Below, piece by piece: positions 1 through 8,642 of a DNA stretch of 64,000 nucleotides. Source of the stretch: Candidatus Neptunichlamydia sp. GTDB taxonomy: Bacteria; Chlamydiota; Chlamydiia; Chlamydiales; Simkaniaceae. The stretch is taken from the NCBI GenBank assembly GCA_965233865.1, contig OZ247587.1, forward strand, positions 1,280,001 to 1,344,000. The letters are read 5' to 3'. Made by a program: the position numbers and the translations under genes. Position 1 is the first letter of the stretch. Each line of letters starts with the position of its first letter. Under the pieces are notes generated by a model. The model did not search any database, was not told where the DNA came from, and was given only the letters and a program-made list of their open reading frames with translations.

Positions 1-1
1 T

Positions 2-328
2 TTTTCTGGTTTGTTTCATGAGTTAACCCATGCGCTACATAGAAGAAAGGATTTTGGGGAGTTTACAAAAATGGCGGCAACAAAAACTGGCCCGATTTGG
101 ACAAATGTAGAAGAGAAAAGAACAATAGACCGAGAAAACCAATTATTAAAAGAGATGGGATTAGTTGCCCGAGCTTCGCATAAAGGCTTTAAAATTCCTA
201 TATCAGGGCTAAAAAAACCAGGATTGAGGGCTAAAAAAACAAAGACCACTATGAGAGATCGATTACAGCTCCGCCGGTTGTTTGGGGAGAAGAAAACCAA
301 CCTTTATCACCCTATAATGGACCTGTAA
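2..328 (+). CDS. 3' part of a HExxH zinc metalloprotease, M91 (NleD-like) effector-type; begins before the window
   Basis: Frame open from the window edge (FSGLFHELTHALH); HELTH followed by WTNVEEKRTI, ENQLLKEMGL and R-x-x-H, the pattern typical of M91 C-terminal halves. Confidence 0.65.
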   Translation, partial: FSGLFHELTHALHRRKDFGEFTKMAATKTGPIWTNVEEKRTIDRENQLLKEMGLVARASHKGFKIPISGLKKPGLRAKKTKTTMRDRLQLRRLFGEKKTNLYHPIMDL

Positions 329-452
329 AGCAATTTTCAGGAAAGGTTAACTGGTAAACTGGAAGATGGAGGGAAACATCAACCAAAAACACAACTACAC
401 TTACATAACTAACGCAGCTTAAGAAAGCAACATCTTCGCTCATCTTATCTTC

Positions 453-1598
453 TTACTCCTTGAGATTGCTTTCTTGAGCTACTCCTTCGTTAGTTATACC
501 GGGCTCTGCTGCTCTTGTAAATGGATCGTTAAATTGATTTCGTACACCAGATGCATTTAATAGTCCTTGAAGAGTTTGTCCTTCGTATCCATCTGCCCTA
601 CTTGTGATGCCCTGAGTCCTGAACACTCCTTGTTGGGGGGCCTCCCAAAAATAGTTCGTAGAAATAGGATCTGTCATGAATTCATTCAAGTTGACATTCT
701 CGTCGGTATCATTTTCTATCGAATTTCTTAATTCAGATCTATAATCATACGTATTTATTGGGTGGCCTCTCATATAGTCATTTTCCAAAGACGCTCGGTC
801 ATAGAAGTTTTGTAAGTCTCTTTTAGCTTCTCTTTGAATGTTTTGTCTTTGACCCCGCTCTTCTAATCCAACCATTCTCCTTTCTATGAGTTGTTTAAGT
901 TCATAGTCATGTTGTTGATCTATTGATTGAAGACCTTCTTGGTATTCGTCTAAGATATTCGGCCTTCCAAGAGCTTCACTGAGGTTAAGTCTACGTAGCC
1001 CTTCTTGATTCGATAGTTCTTGCCTTTTGCCAAATTCTTCGTCTTGATGGCGTTGAGATGTTAACAATTCATCTAAAAATGATCGCTCTTGGTCTTGGAT
1101 ACCTCTCCTCTCAAATACTTCCCCTAATTCTGGGTCTCTGTTATAAAATGCTCGTAACCCTCTATATGCGTCAGACTGATCTCTGTGTATGGCTCCTCTA
1201 ACCTCTCTTTCCCCATTGATTAATTGTTGTCTCCAGAATTCATCTTTAAACGAATCTCTTTGATCTTCTTGTTGTTCTTCGTCATTAAGATAACGTAGGT
1301 TTTCGAATCTATTTCTACCGGAAATCGGTTGATCTTCAATATTTGGTAAATTCTCAAATCTCCCTCTATCTTGACGATCTCTTTGAAGTGCTTTCTGTTT
1401 TTCTCTATATTCACGAACAGCATCAAGTGATAGTTTTGTTTTTTCTAATGGATTACTATGATCATCCACATGAAGCATAGCATGTATGCCCTCTCTAACC
1501 TTTGATTCATTACGGTGATTAGATTCTCCTCTTAGTCTCCTTTGAGAAGCCCTTACTGATTGAGGTTGTGAATAATATGAATTATTAGGCATTGACAT
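453..1598 (-). CDS. Hypothetical charged/coiled-coil protein; partner gene of RING cassette 5
   Basis: 381-aa ORF starting 2 nt after the stop of RING paralog 1601..2053; N-terminus MSMPNNS resembles the MS.PNHP partner start; internal RFENL repeat. Confidence 0.75.
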   Translation of the reverse strand: MSMPNNSYYSQPQSVRASQRRLRGESNHRNESKVREGIHAMLHVDDHSNPLEKTKLSLDAVREYREKQKALQRDRQDRGRFENLPNIEDQPISGRNRFENLRYLNDEEQQEDQRDSFKDEFWRQQLINGEREVRGAIHRDQSDAYRGLRAFYNRDPELGEVFERRGIQDQERSFLDELLTSQRHQDEEFGKRQELSNQEGLRRLNLSEALGRPNILDEYQEGLQSIDQQHDYELKQLIERRMVGLEERGQRQNIQREAKRDLQNFYDRASLENDYMRGHPINTYDYRSELRNSIENDTDENVNLNEFMTDPISTNYFWEAPQQGVFRTQGITSRADGYEGQTLQGLLNASGVRNQFNDPFTRAAEPGITNEGVAQESNLKE

Positions 1599-1600
1599 AT

Positions 1601-2053
1601 TTACATTTTCTCTTTGAATATTTTTGTTATTTTTTGCACGTGCTCGGTTAACCCCTCAAGAGGAACGCATTCTGATATCTGGTTACTACCAATACGATTT
1701 TTACAAACGGGACATGGAATTCCAGATTCTTTTGTTACTTTGTTTGAAAGTATAAGGCTTTGGATAGTCTCTTTATTAAAAACATGCCCACACTTAAACA
1801 CCCCAGGGATATTTTTAACCGTAAAAGGTTCATACGTTACAGGATCTAGTGCATCAGGAGGCAGTTCTTCGCAAAGAGGTCGCAATTCCTCAACTATCCT
1901 ATCGTTCATTGTCTTTTGAGCTTTCATTTCGCGTATTTCAATCTCTCGATCTTTCAGCTCTGCCCTTGCTTCGTTTTCTTGAGTTTTGAGTTGCTCTCGA
2001 ATGAATTTTTCAAAGTAAATGGTGTTATTTTGAATGCTTAATATGGCTGTCAT
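1601..2053 (-). CDS. Coiled-coil + RING/U-box-like protein (putative E3 ligase mimic), paralog 5
   Basis: DPVTYEPF...CGH-x23-CPVC; N-terminus nearly identical to 2219..2698. Confidence 0.8.
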   Translation of the reverse strand: MTAILSIQNNTIYFEKFIREQLKTQENEARAELKDREIEIREMKAQKTMNDRIVEELRPLCEELPPDALDPVTYEPFTVKNIPGVFKCGHVFNKETIQSLILSNKVTKESGIPCPVCKNRIGSNQISECVPLEGLTEHVQKITKIFKEKM

Positions 2054-2058
2054 CTTGT

Positions 2059-2232
2059 TTATCCACTTGATCTGTAGTATCTTAGCATTTGATCGGTTGA
2101 TTCTTCTGCAGCTTCTTTAGCGATCCTTTCTAGTCTTTCTTTCTCTAGTGCTTCTGCTCTTTGGGCTCTTGCTTCAGGAGATATTATGAAATGTCTTCGG
2201 CGATTACTTGTTGGATGATTAGGTTGGCTCAT
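2059..2232 (-). CDS. Short cassette partner ORF (57 aa, MSQPNHPTSNRRRH...), not in the ORF track
   Basis: ATG overlaps the stop of 2219..2698 by 14 nt (ATGAGCCAACCTAA), the same junction as at 9131..9144; ends 5 nt before the next RING start. Confidence 0.6.
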   Translation of the reverse strand: MSQPNHPTSNRRRHFIISPEARAQRAEALEKERLERIAKEAAEESTDQMLRYYRSSG

Positions 2233-2698
2233 TTTCTGTGTTTTCCTTGAATATTTTTTTTACTGCTTGAGCGTTTTGAACAAGCCCCTCAAGAGGAATA
2301 CACTGGAGTAATTGAATCCTTCCGCTTGTTAATTTACAGATTGGACAGTCTAGATCCCCTTGCCTCGAAGGGTCGCTAATATCGATCATTGATTTGACTG
2401 TTTTCTTATCAAAAACATGTCCACATCTATATACAACAGGAATTTCAAAAGGTTCATACGTCACAGGATCTAGTGCATCAGGAGGCAGTTCTTCGCAAAG
2501 AGGTCGCAATTCCTCAACTATCCTATCGTTCATTGTCTTTTGAGCTTTTATGGACTCTAGGTTCTTCTGCATTCCTTGCATTTCAACCTCTCGATTTTTC
2601 AGCTCTGCCCTTGCTTCGTTTTCTTGAGTTTTGAGTTGCTCTCGAATGAATCCTTCAAAGTAAATGGTGTTATTCTGAATGCTTAATATGGCTGTCAT
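2219..2698 (-). CDS. Coiled-coil + RING/U-box-like protein, paralog 4
   Basis: DPVTYEPFEIPVVYRCGH-x23-CPIC; RBS-like GAGGA upstream. Confidence 0.8.
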   Translation of the reverse strand: MTAILSIQNNTIYFEGFIREQLKTQENEARAELKNREVEMQGMQKNLESIKAQKTMNDRIVEELRPLCEELPPDALDPVTYEPFEIPVVYRCGHVFDKKTVKSMIDISDPSRQGDLDCPICKLTSGRIQLLQCIPLEGLVQNAQAVKKIFKENTENEPT

Positions 2699-2719
2699 CT
2701 TGTTTATCCTCTTACCATT

Positions 2720-2754
2720 ATTATAACATACATTGCACGAGATGCTTGCATGAA
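2720..2754 (-). promoter_or_regulatory. Putative extended -10 promoter plus conserved upstream boxes for the second cassette array
   Basis: TTCATGC-N9-GTGCAA-N4-TGTTATAAT on the minus strand, repeated with identical spacing at 9611..9645. Confidence 0.55.
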
Positions 2755-2888
2755 ATCGTTCAAAATCAAAAATATTTTAGATCTTCGTTTCATAAAAATT
2801 CAACGCTTGCTGCTTACTGGATTTATATTTGCTGGTAAAGCTACAAAGGGATAAAATGAGAATTAAACAAAAACAATGGATGATAATC

Positions 2889-3203
2889 ATGGACTGGACG
2901 CAAGCACTTACTGTTATAGGAGTTTTCATTAGTGGGTTTATCTACATGATGAACAAAATGGACGCAAATAAGAAAGACACTGATACAAAAATGGAGTCTC
3001 ATCAAAAAGAAAATAACACACGCTTTAATGGCATAGAAAACCGTTTAACTGCCATGGAAGTTGAAGTCAAAAACATCAATCAAAGAATCGATGACTTTAA
3101 GCATGAAACAAATCAAAGACTCTCTACGATTGAAGGGTATCTAGTCCCAAAGAAGGTATTTCGCTTTGAGGAAACTAAAGACGAAGAACCCAAAGAGAAC
3201 TAA
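2889..3203 (+). CDS. Small membrane-anchored coiled-coil hypothetical protein
   Basis: MDWTQALTVIGVFISGFIY hydrophobic N-terminus followed by a heptad-like charged region; start reassigned from 2829. Confidence 0.6.
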   Translation: MDWTQALTVIGVFISGFIYMMNKMDANKKDTDTKMESHQKENNTRFNGIENRLTAMEVEVKNINQRIDDFKHETNQRLSTIEGYLVPKKVFRFEETKDEEPKEN

Positions 3204-3332
3204 GACATCTATCATGCTAACTGATAATGAAATGCTACAAAAACTTCAGGAATCTTTAGAGCTAAGATTCGATGATCAACGGGATTTATTCATAAGAGAG
3301 GACGATAGCGGCACTGGGCAGTTGTTACTTTT

Positions 3333-3881
3333 TTAGCAGAGCTTTAGATCTCCACTCATTCCAGTTTCTATTGAATCAACGAGTCCGGTGTCATTGTGAG
3401 ATGATTTTTTAGGATACTTCATCTGTTCTTCTAAGGAAAGTTTCCCCACATGCCAAGATTTCTCCCCGTCCCATAACCACCAATCGGCTTCTTCCGGCTT
3501 TGGTCTTTTAAATAAATATTTCATGTTTTTGAAAGTGGGAAACGCTTGAGCGAACTCTGGAACAAAAAAGTTCCCAACACGTTCCCAATCACCCAGATTT
3601 ACGCTGTAATGAACCTCACAAAAAGTAGTAAATCTATGTTGATTGTCAACGATTCTTTTAATCTCATCTAATTCCGGCCTTACCTTATAGAATCCATCAA
3701 GAACTCTTATAACACTTCCCCATTTAGTTCCTGGTCCTGTATGCTCATGTGTATACTGGGCGTATGCAAGGCCTTTAGAAGTAGGTATTTCTATCACATC
3801 ACCAATTTTTTTTCTTACACGTCTGACGCATTTTGGAATCTCGGATCGTTTGATTTTTGGCCTTCTAATGGATGTGCTCAT
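3333..3881 (-). CDS. Imm26-like polymorphic-toxin immunity protein
   Basis: KIGDVIEIPTSKGLAYAQY..H...G.VIRV N-terminus and WWLWDGEK motif; starts 4 nt after the toxin stop. Confidence 0.65.
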   Translation of the reverse strand: MSTSIRRPKIKRSEIPKCVRRVRKKIGDVIEIPTSKGLAYAQYTHEHTGPGTKWGSVIRVLDGFYKVRPELDEIKRIVDNQHRFTTFCEVHYSVNLGDWERVGNFFVPEFAQAFPTFKNMKYLFKRPKPEEADWWLWDGEKSWHVGKLSLEEQMKYPKKSSHNDTGLVDSIETGMSGDLKLC

Positions 3882-3885
3882 ATGG

Positions 3886-5325
3886 TTACTCTATATACCC
3901 TATTTCTTGTAATATCTCTGATCCTCTTACGAGAGATTTGTGATATTTAGGATTTGACTCTGCGATGCTATTTATCTTGTTTATCAGTGTTCCTCCATTT
4001 TTCTCCAGTTTATGCATTTCAATCAAGGTTTGTTCTACAGCTTTGGAATCGTACTTTGTTAGGTTAGCTAGCCCCTCCATTTCTTCGATCTCCATTCCTT
4101 TATTTCTTAGGTGCTCTCGAGTCCTCCTTGGAATATTGTTTGTAATACCAACGTATTGTACTTCATCAGTTGCTTTATCTACCGATCTGTATACCGAGAT
4201 ATTCCCCTGCTCCCTAACTACAGGAATCTGAACTTCAACTTGTGGCGTATTTGCTCTAGGGATTGGAGGATTCGTTGTAGTCGTCGTAGTCAGAGCACTT
4301 CCCGCAGCACCAGTAATAGCCATACCTTTTACAACACCAGAAGCTTTTGCAACTTTAGCTATGGCCTTTGCACTCTTCGCGATCTTAGCAGGCTTACTTA
4401 ATTGGCTACCAGGAACCGGCACAAAACAAAATACTACGTCCTTGCCAAGTTCTTTGAGTAATTCTCCCATAATTTCAGGAGTTGAAGAAGATTTAAAGCT
4501 GCCATATTGTCCGGCGTAGTCAGTATTAAAAGACTGGTCTATCTTATCATGCAGACGATCGCTAAACGGAACCACGTCATTGCTAAAGAATTCATCGAAA
4601 GGTTCCCTTTTTGGAGGGTAATCATCGTATAAAAAGGAATTCATTTTTCCTAAAGATTCGACAAAGTTAGCTGTTCCATCAACGAAATTATGAACAACAT
4701 AAGAGCCAACCTCTCGCGCTTTTTCGGCTGCTTGTGACCAAAACGAAGCTTCGTCTTTCTTTGGAATATTTAAGTTATTTGCAGCTAGCACAGGTTCTTG
4801 ACTGAGCTCTTCTTTAAGAGTGGTGTTTTGTCTTTCGACAGTTTCTTTTAGGAGAGCACTTTTCTCGGGTATCGGCTCTAATTGTGGAGTGATCTTTGGT
4901 ATTAAAGCTTCTATTTCTTTCGGTCGATCATAGTCACAATGGCTTGGATAATAGGGATCGTTAAACGAATCAGCGTGAGGTTCTTCTTCATAAATCTCCC
5001 CAGCCTTATTTACAGGTGTTCGTGGTTTGGGATTGTTTTTTGGATTCGTTTCTCCATTGGCATCATAATCTACAGCAGCAGCTCCCGCAGCAATAACAGG
5101 CGCAGCAGCTCCACTTGTAGCGATGATAACCACAGTTGCAGCAACTACAACAACAGCTGAGATAATCACTACCTTTTTGTTTCTTTTGACGAATTTCTTA
5201 GTGCTTTTCCATGTGTTTGATACCCAACTGCAATTGATAATCTTTAGAGATTGATACCCATTTAATACCGCAGGAACAGCCTTAACGCCGTAATCTTCAT
5301 ATCTTTTAGGGACGACCACCACCAT
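3886..5325 (-). CDS. Polymorphic toxin with C-terminal URI/GIY-YIG-like nuclease domain (3' part of a probably frameshifted gene)
   Basis: C-terminal VY...YVGITNNIPRRTREH...AVEQTLI...NKINSI; hydrophobic segment VVIISAVVVVAATVVII; immunity-like gene directly downstream. Confidence 0.7.
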   Translation of the reverse strand: MVVVVPKRYEDYGVKAVPAVLNGYQSLKIINCSWVSNTWKSTKKFVKRNKKVVIISAVVVVAATVVIIATSGAAAPVIAAGAAAVDYDANGETNPKNNPKPRTPVNKAGEIYEEEPHADSFNDPYYPSHCDYDRPKEIEALIPKITPQLEPIPEKSALLKETVERQNTTLKEELSQEPVLAANNLNIPKKDEASFWSQAAEKAREVGSYVVHNFVDGTANFVESLGKMNSFLYDDYPPKREPFDEFFSNDVVPFSDRLHDKIDQSFNTDYAGQYGSFKSSSTPEIMGELLKELGKDVVFCFVPVPGSQLSKPAKIAKSAKAIAKVAKASGVVKGMAITGAAGSALTTTTTTNPPIPRANTPQVEVQIPVVREQGNISVYRSVDKATDEVQYVGITNNIPRRTREHLRNKGMEIEEMEGLANLTKYDSKAVEQTLIEMHKLEKNGGTLINKINSIAESNPKYHKSLVRGSEILQEIGYIE

Positions 5326-5767
5326 CCTCCGTTTCCCTCATTACATTCGCATTAAAAGCTAATTCTGAATTATTTGGTTCTCCTCTAAGCCATTTGATGT
5401 CTTCTTCGAGTTGAGCCTTAGCTTCAAGATCGTCGTCGCGAATGCCATTTCTAGCCAAGAAAATGACAAACTCCATGACTTGACTGGTCTGTGCTTCAGT
5501 TAGGTGCTTTTCTAAGGTGTTGCCATAAGCTACTTCATAAAGGAAATCTATGATGTGCTGATAGGAAAGAGTTTCGTAATTGAGTAAGTCCCAAGGCGAA
5601 AAGTTTGTGTAATCGCCTTCAGAGTAGCCTGTGGTTGATGATTGCGTTTGTTGGTTTGTGGGTAGGTGCTCAGCACTTAAAGGCACGTTCCAAATGATTG
5701 ATGGAAGACAGAGCACCAAAAGCATGGCTTTCAAAGCAGTGAATAGTCTGACAAATCGTAGGTGCAT
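5306..5767 (-). CDS. Signal-peptide-bearing N-terminal part of the toxin gene (probable frameshift near 5310-5340)
   Basis: N-terminal K/R + hydrophobic stretch + LSA|E cleavage-like site; overlaps the toxin ORF by 20 nt in another frame. Confidence 0.55.
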   Translation of the reverse strand: MHLRFVRLFTALKAMLLVLCLPSIIWNVPLSAEHLPTNQQTQSSTTGYSEGDYTNFSPWDLLNYETLSYQHIIDFLYEVAYGNTLEKHLTEAQTSQVMEFVIFLARNGIRDDDLEAKAQLEEDIKWLRGEPNNSELAFNANVMRETEDGGGRP

Positions 5768-5849
5768 TGCGTTGTCCTTTCAGAGGTGATAAGCAGAATG
5801 CTCTTACCCCTAAAAAGATTTTACCCGCAAATTTTACGCTCTTATTCTT

Positions 5850-6250
5850 CGTGACTTGGAATGGTTACCTCCTTGATGGTCATCACAGACTTAAGATCTG
5901 CAAGAAGCATGGTCTAGCATACAAGACTGTGGCTTATGAGTTCGAATATCAAGAAGAAGTTGAAATCTGGATGATCGACAATCAATGCGAGATGAAGCGA
6001 AACATAACTGAATTCTGCAGAGGGAGATACGCTCTTTTGAAGAAAGAAAGGATTGTGGCTCTCAACAAGAAAAAAATGACTGATGGTAGCGAGAAAGGTG
6101 GTGAGGCAAATAAACAACGCTATGAAGGGAGCCCTCCCCCAACATTGGGAGACCTTGATTCAGAAAACTCTAAAGCCAAAGATTATTCAGGAAATACGGA
6201 TCGTTTACTCGCAAAAGATGCTGGTTTGTCTGTGGGTACCATGCATACAC
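5850..6250 (+). pseudogene. ParB/Srx-like N-terminal domain fragment (phage/plasmid type)
   Basis: WNGYLLDGHHRLKICKKHGL...WMIDNQ...RN and an HTH-like LLAKDAGLSVGT; lacks a credible start and ends near the IS200 end. Confidence 0.5.
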
Positions 6251-6326
6251 CTAAGAAAAAGCTTCCTCTTCCCCCTTTTTCAGCAATAAGGGTTTTTAAG
6301 GCAACCTGATAGCATGAAAAACAAAG

Positions 6327-6883
6327 TGAAGGCTCCCCGCAGCAGAGCTACGGGGCATCTGTCAGGTAGTTTTGCTTAGCTCCAAAAATCCAGTTGCTGA
6401 TGTAACCTTTTATAGTCTTTTTTTCCTTGGTTTTTGACGTAGTTTCCTATTTTCTCCTCGTCCCCATGCTTCCCCACGGTACTTATAAAATATCCATCAC
6501 TCCAAAACTCCCCTCCCCAAAGTATCTTCTTTACTTCAGGCCTTCTCAAAAAAATCTCTTTTGCCGTGATGCTTTTTATTAGCTGAACAGTTTTTTTGGG
6601 ACTATACATCGGAACTGATTGTATCAGAAAGTGAACATGGTCCTTATCAACACCGATCTCTAAAAAATTTATCTCATATCTCTTTGAAATTTCAAGGCAT
6701 ATGACCTTAATTTCTTCATCAACACTCTTGTCAAATACCGCTTTCCTGTATTTGGCCGGACAAACTATGTGGTACATCAAAACTGAGACATTATGACTTT
6801 TATGAATATATTCACTCATGCCAAAAAACTATACTTGTTCAGCTTTTACGCAGCAAGCTGCGGGGAATCAAACCCAAAGAGAT
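6327..6883 (-). mobile_element. IS200/IS605-family insertion sequence (tnpA only)
   Basis: Subterminal hairpins CCCCGCAGCAGAGCTACGGGG (6335-6355) and CGCAGCAAGCTGCG (6849-6862); TTCA tetranucleotide at both boundaries on the minus strand. Confidence 0.85.
6376..6819 (-). CDS. tnpA: IS200-family Y1 (HUH) transposase
   Basis: YHIVCPAKYRK, DHVH (HUH), LWGGEFWSDGYF, YVKNQ. Confidence 0.95.
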   Translation of the reverse strand: MSEYIHKSHNVSVLMYHIVCPAKYRKAVFDKSVDEEIKVICLEISKRYEINFLEIGVDKDHVHFLIQSVPMYSPKKTVQLIKSITAKEIFLRRPEVKKILWGGEFWSDGYFISTVGKHGDEEKIGNYVKNQGKKDYKRLHQQLDFWS

Positions 6884-7016
6884 TGAAGTTTTCTTGATTT
6901 TGACCGTGTCTATAGAACCCAGGGGAATATCCTCTATTATCACGAACCGACCGATAAGCATTAAGAGCTTTTAGGTCTTCTTCCGAAAGTGAGAGTGGAT
7001 GGTTTGGATTGCTCAT
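6846..7016 (-). pseudogene. Cassette partner ORF truncated by IS200 (MSNPNHPLSLSEEDLKALNAYRSVRDNRGYSPGFY...), not in the ORF track
   Basis: Shares the MS.PNHP and AL.A.R...GYSPGFY motifs with 8629..9144 and 7540..7734; frame runs into the IS end and stops. Confidence 0.7.
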
Positions 7017-7461
7017 TTTGATTATTTTCCCTAAATATTTTTTCTATTTTTTTGAACACTTCTACACAGCCCATTAGATTTACTGGACTAACCCCACTTT
7101 TCAACGGAGATTTTCTTCTGCACATAGGGCATTCGATCAGAGAATCTTGATGTAAACTGTTTCTTCTTGCTATATCTAATATAGTAGATATACCTAAAGA
7201 ATGACCACATCTGTACAAAAGAGGAGTTTTAAACGGTTTCATACTAACAGGATCTCTAGCATCATTAGGCACCTCCTCGCATAAGGGTCTCAATTCCTCT
7301 ACTATCTTGCTGTCTCTTGCCTTTTGAGCTTTCACCTCGCGCATTTCAGACTCTCGATCTTTTAATTCTGCTCGCATTTCGGATTCTTGTGTTTTGAGCT
7401 GATCTCGGACGAACTGTTCAAAGTAAATAGTGTTGTTCTGAATACTTGCTATGGCTGACAT
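6961..7461 (-). CDS. Coiled-coil + RING/U-box-like protein, paralog 3 (most divergent RING)
   Basis: DPVSMKPFKTPLLYRCGH-x23-CPMC. Confidence 0.8.
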   Translation of the reverse strand: MSAIASIQNNTIYFEQFVRDQLKTQESEMRAELKDRESEMREVKAQKARDSKIVEELRPLCEEVPNDARDPVSMKPFKTPLLYRCGHSLGISTILDIARRNSLHQDSLIECPMCRRKSPLKSGVSPVNLMGCVEVFKKIEKIFRENNQNEQSKPSTLTFGRRPKSS

Positions 7462-7627
7462 ATTGTTCTCCTTGGGGTTTAACCTGCAAAAGCTGTGTTA
7501 TAGCCTAGCCTAGTTGGTTGTATCTGTTCTCCCCTTTCATCATTCTCTTGAATTCCTTGAAATGTCTTCATCACATCTTCTAACCAGCTTTTTGAGAATT
7601 TCCCATCGCCTTTTACTGAGCTCCAAA
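7340..7627. repeat. ~288-bp near-identical direct repeat, copy 1 (copy 2 at 8067..8354)
   Basis: Direct comparison, offset 727 bp, about 3 mismatches; covers the partner 3' end, RBS and RING 5' end. Confidence 0.9.
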
Positions 7628-7734
7628 TAGAAACCTGGGGAGTACCCTTTTCCAGGACCATCTCTCATTGCTCTAAATGCTGATAAGGCTTCCGCTTTTT
7701 GGGACCTATTCATTGGATGATTATGTGGGCTCAT
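7479..7734 (-). pseudogene. Internally deleted cassette partner gene
   Basis: Conserved N-terminus MSPHNHP...GKGYSPGFY joined out of frame to the C-terminal WSSVKGDG...YNTAFAG segment of the 8206..8642 domain. Confidence 0.75.
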
Positions 7735-8188
7735 TTTCTGTGTTTTCCTTGAATACTTTTGTTATTTTTTCCATATGTTCAACAAGCCCTTCTAGTGGTA
7801 TGCACTCTAAGAGTTGATCTCTTCTAGATATTATTTTACAAGTAGGGCAATCTAAATCGGACCTTTTTTCTAGGTTTCTAGATAAAATTATAGATTTAAC
7901 CGTTTCTTTATTAAAGACATGCCCACAACTATAAACAGCTGGTATGTTTTTTCCATTAAAAGGCTCATAAGTCACTGGGTCTAACGCATCTGGAGGTAGT
8001 TCTTCGCATAAGGGCCTGAGTTCTTCAATCATCCTAGTATTCGTCGTGTTCTTCACCTTCGCTTCCCGCATTTCAGACTCTCGATCTTTTAATTCTGCTC
8101 GCATTTCGGATTCTTGTGTTTTAAGCTGATCTCGGACGAACTGTTCAAAGTAAATAGTGTTGTTCTGAATACTTAATATGGCTGACAT
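7721..8188 (-). CDS. Coiled-coil + RING/U-box-like protein, paralog 2
   Basis: DPVTYEPFNGKNIPAVYSCGH-x23-CPTC; AAGGAG RBS. Confidence 0.8.
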   Translation of the reverse strand: MSAILSIQNNTIYFEQFVRDQLKTQESEMRAELKDRESEMREAKVKNTTNTRMIEELRPLCEELPPDALDPVTYEPFNGKNIPAVYSCGHVFNKETVKSIILSRNLEKRSDLDCPTCKIISRRDQLLECIPLEGLVEHMEKITKVFKENTENEPT

Positions 8189-8354
8189 ATTGTTCTCCTT
8201 GGGGTTTAACCTGCAAAAGCTGTGTTATAGCCTAGCCTAGTTGGTTGTATCTGTTCTCCCCTTTCATCATTCTCTTGAATTCCTTGAAATGTCTTCATCA
8301 CATCTTCTAACCAGCTTTTTGAGAATTTCCCATCGCCTTTTACTGAGCTCCAAA
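8067..8354. repeat. ~288-bp direct repeat, copy 2
   Basis: Near-identical to 7340..7627. Confidence 0.9.
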
Positions 8355-8642
8355 GAGAGCGTACTGGGTAATTATTTCCTTTTCTCGTTATAAAACATGG
8401 TCTTCTGGCCTGTCTTCATTGGCAAAAACAGTTGTCCCATCTGGAAGATCAAGGTCTTGTAATTTATTATAGTCGATTTCGCCACGATTTCCAGGCGGAT
8501 TTAAAACATCTATAAGCCTTTCACCATAGGAAAGGCTGTATTTTCCAGGTTCTGTAGCTCTTTGAAGGCGTTCTTGTACTTCTTCTTTTTTCAGCTTGCC
8601 TCTTGAGATTAAGTCATAGCAAATCCCTTCAGCACAGTTCAT
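8206..8642 (-). pseudogene. Putative Cys-His (papain/NlpC-P60-like) domain with an in-frame TAA at 8388-8390
   Basis: NCAEG...PDGTTVFANE...DHV; the same frame continues after the stop as PVRSLWS...YNTAFAG, colinear with 9843..10304. Confidence 0.65.

Noticed and set aside
5767..6309. Intact ParB partition gene or prophage
   Set aside because: Only an internal fragment; no parA, integrase or phage structural genes in the window
8388..8390. Programmed stop readthrough or alternative genetic code
   Set aside because: TAA ends many core genes here; compensating indels explain the stop better
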